From the human T2T-CHM13v2.0 reference genome, Homo sapiens, in assembly GCF_009914755.1 (NCBI RefSeq), contig NC_060930.1: a stretch of DNA of 64,000 bases. One strand, written 5' to 3'. Shown one piece after another: positions 60,690 through 64,000 of the stretch. The notes beneath the pieces are model-generated. The model ran no database searches. It was not told where the DNA came from and saw nothing but the letters and a program-made list of their open reading frames with translations. Each line of letters opens with the position of its first letter. Within the stretch, counting starts at the first letter, position 1. Position numbers and translations under genes: made by a program.

Positions 60690-61370
60690 CCGTTTGTCTA
60701 CCCTTTGGTCTGCTTTCAACACAGCAGTCACAGCAATCTCATTAGTACAGATCACATAACACTTTCCACTAAAAGTGGAAATCTTATTAGTACAGATCAC
60801 ACAACACTTTCCACTAAAAGTCTCTACTGGTTTTCCATCACATTCAGTGGGAAAAGCACAATGACCCACAAGGCCTTAAGGACCTTTTCCTCACCTCTTT
60901 TCATCTCTGGCCTCATCTGATCTCTCTTCCTCAGTTGCCCAGCTGGTCATCCCGCTATGTCTTGAACACTCACACCTGCCTCAGGGCCTTTGCACTTGAT
61001 ATTTCTTATGTCTAGAATTATTTTCTTCAATTTCAATGTAGCTTGTTTCCTCACCTCCTTTTGGTTTTTATTCAAGTGTTACCTTCTCAACAAGGGCCTC
61101 CTTGACAACTCTATTTAAAATTGCAGCTCCCAGCCTGTCCACTTCCTAAACCACTTTCCTGCTTTATTTTTCTCCATAAAATATATCACCATCTAACTTA
61201 CTATGTACATGTTACTGTTCAGTTGAATATTTATCTTTCTAAATGCAATTTTTTTGTGCGTGGAGCTATTTGTTGTTGTAATCATTGCTTTCTAAGCACT
61301 TAGAATAGTGCCCAACATATAGGAAGCATTCAATGCGTTTGTATTAAGTTAATAAATGACTGAATGAATA
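60690..61370 (+). mobile_element. L2 3' fragment
   Basis: cctgcctcagggcctttgcacttgat...ttattcaagtgttaccttctcaac...gcacttagaatagtgcccaacatataggaagcattcaat...tgaatgaat. Confidence 0.8.
60735..60821. repeat. 42-bp direct duplication (period 45) with a 3-nt spacer
   Basis: aatctcattagtacagatcacataacactttccactaaaagt gga aatcttattagtacagatcacacaacactttccactaaaagt. Confidence 0.93.
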
Positions 61371-61512
61371 ACTAGTACAAACCACCAATCCATAATTTAA
61401 GAATCTTATTGAATCTGAGAATTAAAGGATTAAGTGATTTCACTGTGCTTCTTATGATAAAACACACTGCACTTTTTCTAATTATGAAATTTCCTTTAAG
61501 GTTGAATGGCAT

Positions 61513-61875
61513 TGTTTTAGTCTATTTGGGCTATTATAACAAAGTACCAGATGAGGTGGCTTATAAACTGCAGCAATTTATTTCTCATAGTTCTGGAGGC
61601 TTGACGTCCAAGATCAAAGCACTGGCAGATTCAATGTCTGGTGAGGGTCTGCTTCCTGGTTCATAGATGGCCTTCTTCTTGCTGTAGCCTCACATGGCAG
61701 AAGGGGCAAATAAGCTTTCTGGGGTTTCATTTATAAGGGTACTAATTCCATTCTTGGGGGCTCTGTCCTCATGACCTAATTACCTCCCCAATCCCCATCA
61801 CCTAATACCATCACATTAGGGGTTAGGATTTCAACATATGAATTTTAGGGGAACAGAAACATTCAGTCTATAGAA
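61513..61875 (-). mobile_element. MLT1A-like MaLR solo LTR
   Basis: tgttttagtctatttgggctattataacaaagtacc...gttctggaggc...ccaagatcaa...gggttaggatttcaacatatgaattttagggg...cattcagtctatag. Confidence 0.85.
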
Positions 61876-62624
61876 AGCGTGAAGTAAATTTTCTTCCAGT
61901 TCCTATGCATGTTCTTACTCTGCTTTTAAGCGTATTCTAAATTTCAGTTGTATCTGTCACTATGTGACTTTACCACACTTACAGCTTTATTTAGGAAAAG
62001 AGATGTTAATTATTTTAACTCTTCTTTTGTAACAGAGAAGTCTGGGACTGTCATTTTTTGTTTTTTGCTTGACATTGTATTTTTTCCTCATAGAACAAAA
62101 GTTAGTATAAAAGAAAGGGAAAAAAGGCCATACAATGATGCTGTTTAAACAAGAGTGTAAATGTAGGATATGTATTTTGATCTAAAATGTTGATAAACCA
62201 AATTCTAGCAATATCATGAAAATGTAAACATTTTGGAGACCCAGATCCTATTTCAAATAGAGTCAAGATGACTGCCCTAGAAAATGCTTCTTGAAGTCAT
62301 GGAATAAATTAGATGATTGTTTATTTAAAAAAAAAGAACAATAATACATAGGAGATCTGTTAAAAAATCTGTGAGGAAAGAGCTGTTAAAATGTTGAAAC
62401 CACATGAATTCTGTTATGGAAAGTCTGAACAAGACTTTCTAAAATAGATTGAATGTGGGCAGTTTTCACAGCTGCCTGATGACTTCCACACACAAAACAT
62501 CCACATTTCATCCTTTTGGTGAATACTGTGTATTTTCCAATTTTATTCTTAGAGTTTAATTTTTTACTTACATATTATGCTTATGTATATCATATTTGTT
62601 ATATATATTATATATAACTAATAT

Positions 62625-62698
62625 ACAATTATATTATTTATTTAAAAATAAGGAATTAAAAACAATTATATTATTTGTTTTTAAATAAGGAATTACAA
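62625..62698. repeat. 37-bp AT-rich tandem duplication
   Basis: acaattatattatttatttaaaaataaggaattaaaa versus acaattatattatttgtttttaaataaggaattacaa. Confidence 0.8.
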
Positions 62699-62944
62699 AA
62701 TAATGAAGAGACCGTATTTATTATAGATCTTGAAACTGTGACTAAAAACCCCATGCACAGAGAAAATTCTTGAGTCAAATGGCTTCATTGATGAATAGAA
62801 GTTAGAATACTGGTTATTGTTACAAGGAGAGGGAAGATAATGACTGGGAGAGGGTATGTGGAAAGTTTCATTTCTTATTTTTGATTATATAATTGTACAA
62901 TAATAATGTGTTAGTACATAGAACTAATATAATTGTAAATAAGT

Positions 62945-63115
62945 GTGTTTATATATAATAAAATATACAAAATATAGATAATATATTGTATAATGTATAA
63001 TTATATACAATATAATAAAAATGTGATAAATAATATTGTATAATATATAATTATATACAATTATATTATATGTACTAATGTATTAGCTATATGTATTTAT
63101 ATGTACCTATATATA
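62945..63115. repeat. AT-rich low-complexity tract with an internal ~29-bp repeat
   Basis: atattgtataat(g/a)tataattatatacaat occurs twice. Confidence 0.75.
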
Positions 63116-64000
63116 AGACTTTTTCTAGAAATTGACTACATATTTGAATTGTGAGACAGCATGTATGTTTTGATTCATAGATAAGATATGTTTCCAATAT
63201 TACCCATATCTCTAAAATACAAACATGGCAAAAAAAGGCTGGAGTGAGACTAAGGAGAAAGGAGGAGCTATAAGTGTGCCCAGATTCCATTTCTTTACCT
63301 ATGACTTATGCGTTGGTACATTTACCTTAGGTAACTTGTCCCACTTTTATGCTCTTCAATTTGGTCTAGTGTAAAATGGAGCAAATAGGCCCACTTCCTT
63401 ATTACGAAGCATATTATAAGGATAAAGTGATGTGTTATAGGCAAAGAGCATAGCACACTGCTGCACTTTAGGTGATACTCAGAAAATATTACTTTTGGTC
63501 TTCCACATTGAAAATAATGGTGAATGGAGAATAAATGGGCTAAGTTGTAATGTGAAAAATGGAAAATAACAAAACAAAAGCTCAAAAATGCTTTAATTAC
63601 TGGATATTGAAATGATACCTATGAGGTTCACTTTGTATATCACCTAAGAATATTATTTTACTCAATATATTTTTAGCACTTTATGGACATTAATATTTCT
63701 ATGGAGAAAGCTTAAAAAGTGTCACTTGTGCATTGAAACTCTTTTGTAACAGCTTCTTTACTCTTCTGTTGTTGTTATGATATCCTCCAGATTACTTAGA
63801 TTTTTAACCAAGAAGTAACCTTACTTATTACTAGTATGCTCTTTCCTTAAAAGCTTTTCTGATTTATGTTATTTTAATTATATCAATCTTGTTATTATTT
63901 ACAGTTTTTAATTATTTTAATAATTTCAACCTTTCTGCAACTTTCCATTTTAGATATGTCTCATTAATGGCATATAGTGAAGTTTTGACGTTTTGTCTAG

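Overview
AT-rich human genomic DNA from the 5' part of LAMA2 (laminin subunit alpha-2), transcribed on the + strand. The window holds the last ~43 kb of intron 1, coding exon 2 (43093-43263, 171 nt), intron 2 (9705 nt), coding exon 3 (52969-53081, 113 nt) and the start of intron 3. The two exons splice in frame and encode part of the laminin N-terminal (LN) domain. The rest is intronic and rich in repeats: about 15 Alus (including an AluYa5 with all five diagnostic bases and a FAM monomer), L1 and L2 fragments, MIRs, THE1, MLT1A and MER39-like LTRs, a MER1B DNA transposon and simple repeats. Nearly all ORFs in the supplied track are repeat-derived or chance. I see no evidence for a new gene or a new multi-component system. 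The most interesting unexplained structures are several DNA-repair-type scars (a ~280-bp dispersed duplication next to a tandem array of perfect palindromes, plus fold-back templated insertions), atypical splice-site architecture and cryptic acceptors, and a young, possibly polymorphic nested insertion. Repeat subfamily calls and old-repeat boundaries were made by eye and are approximate.
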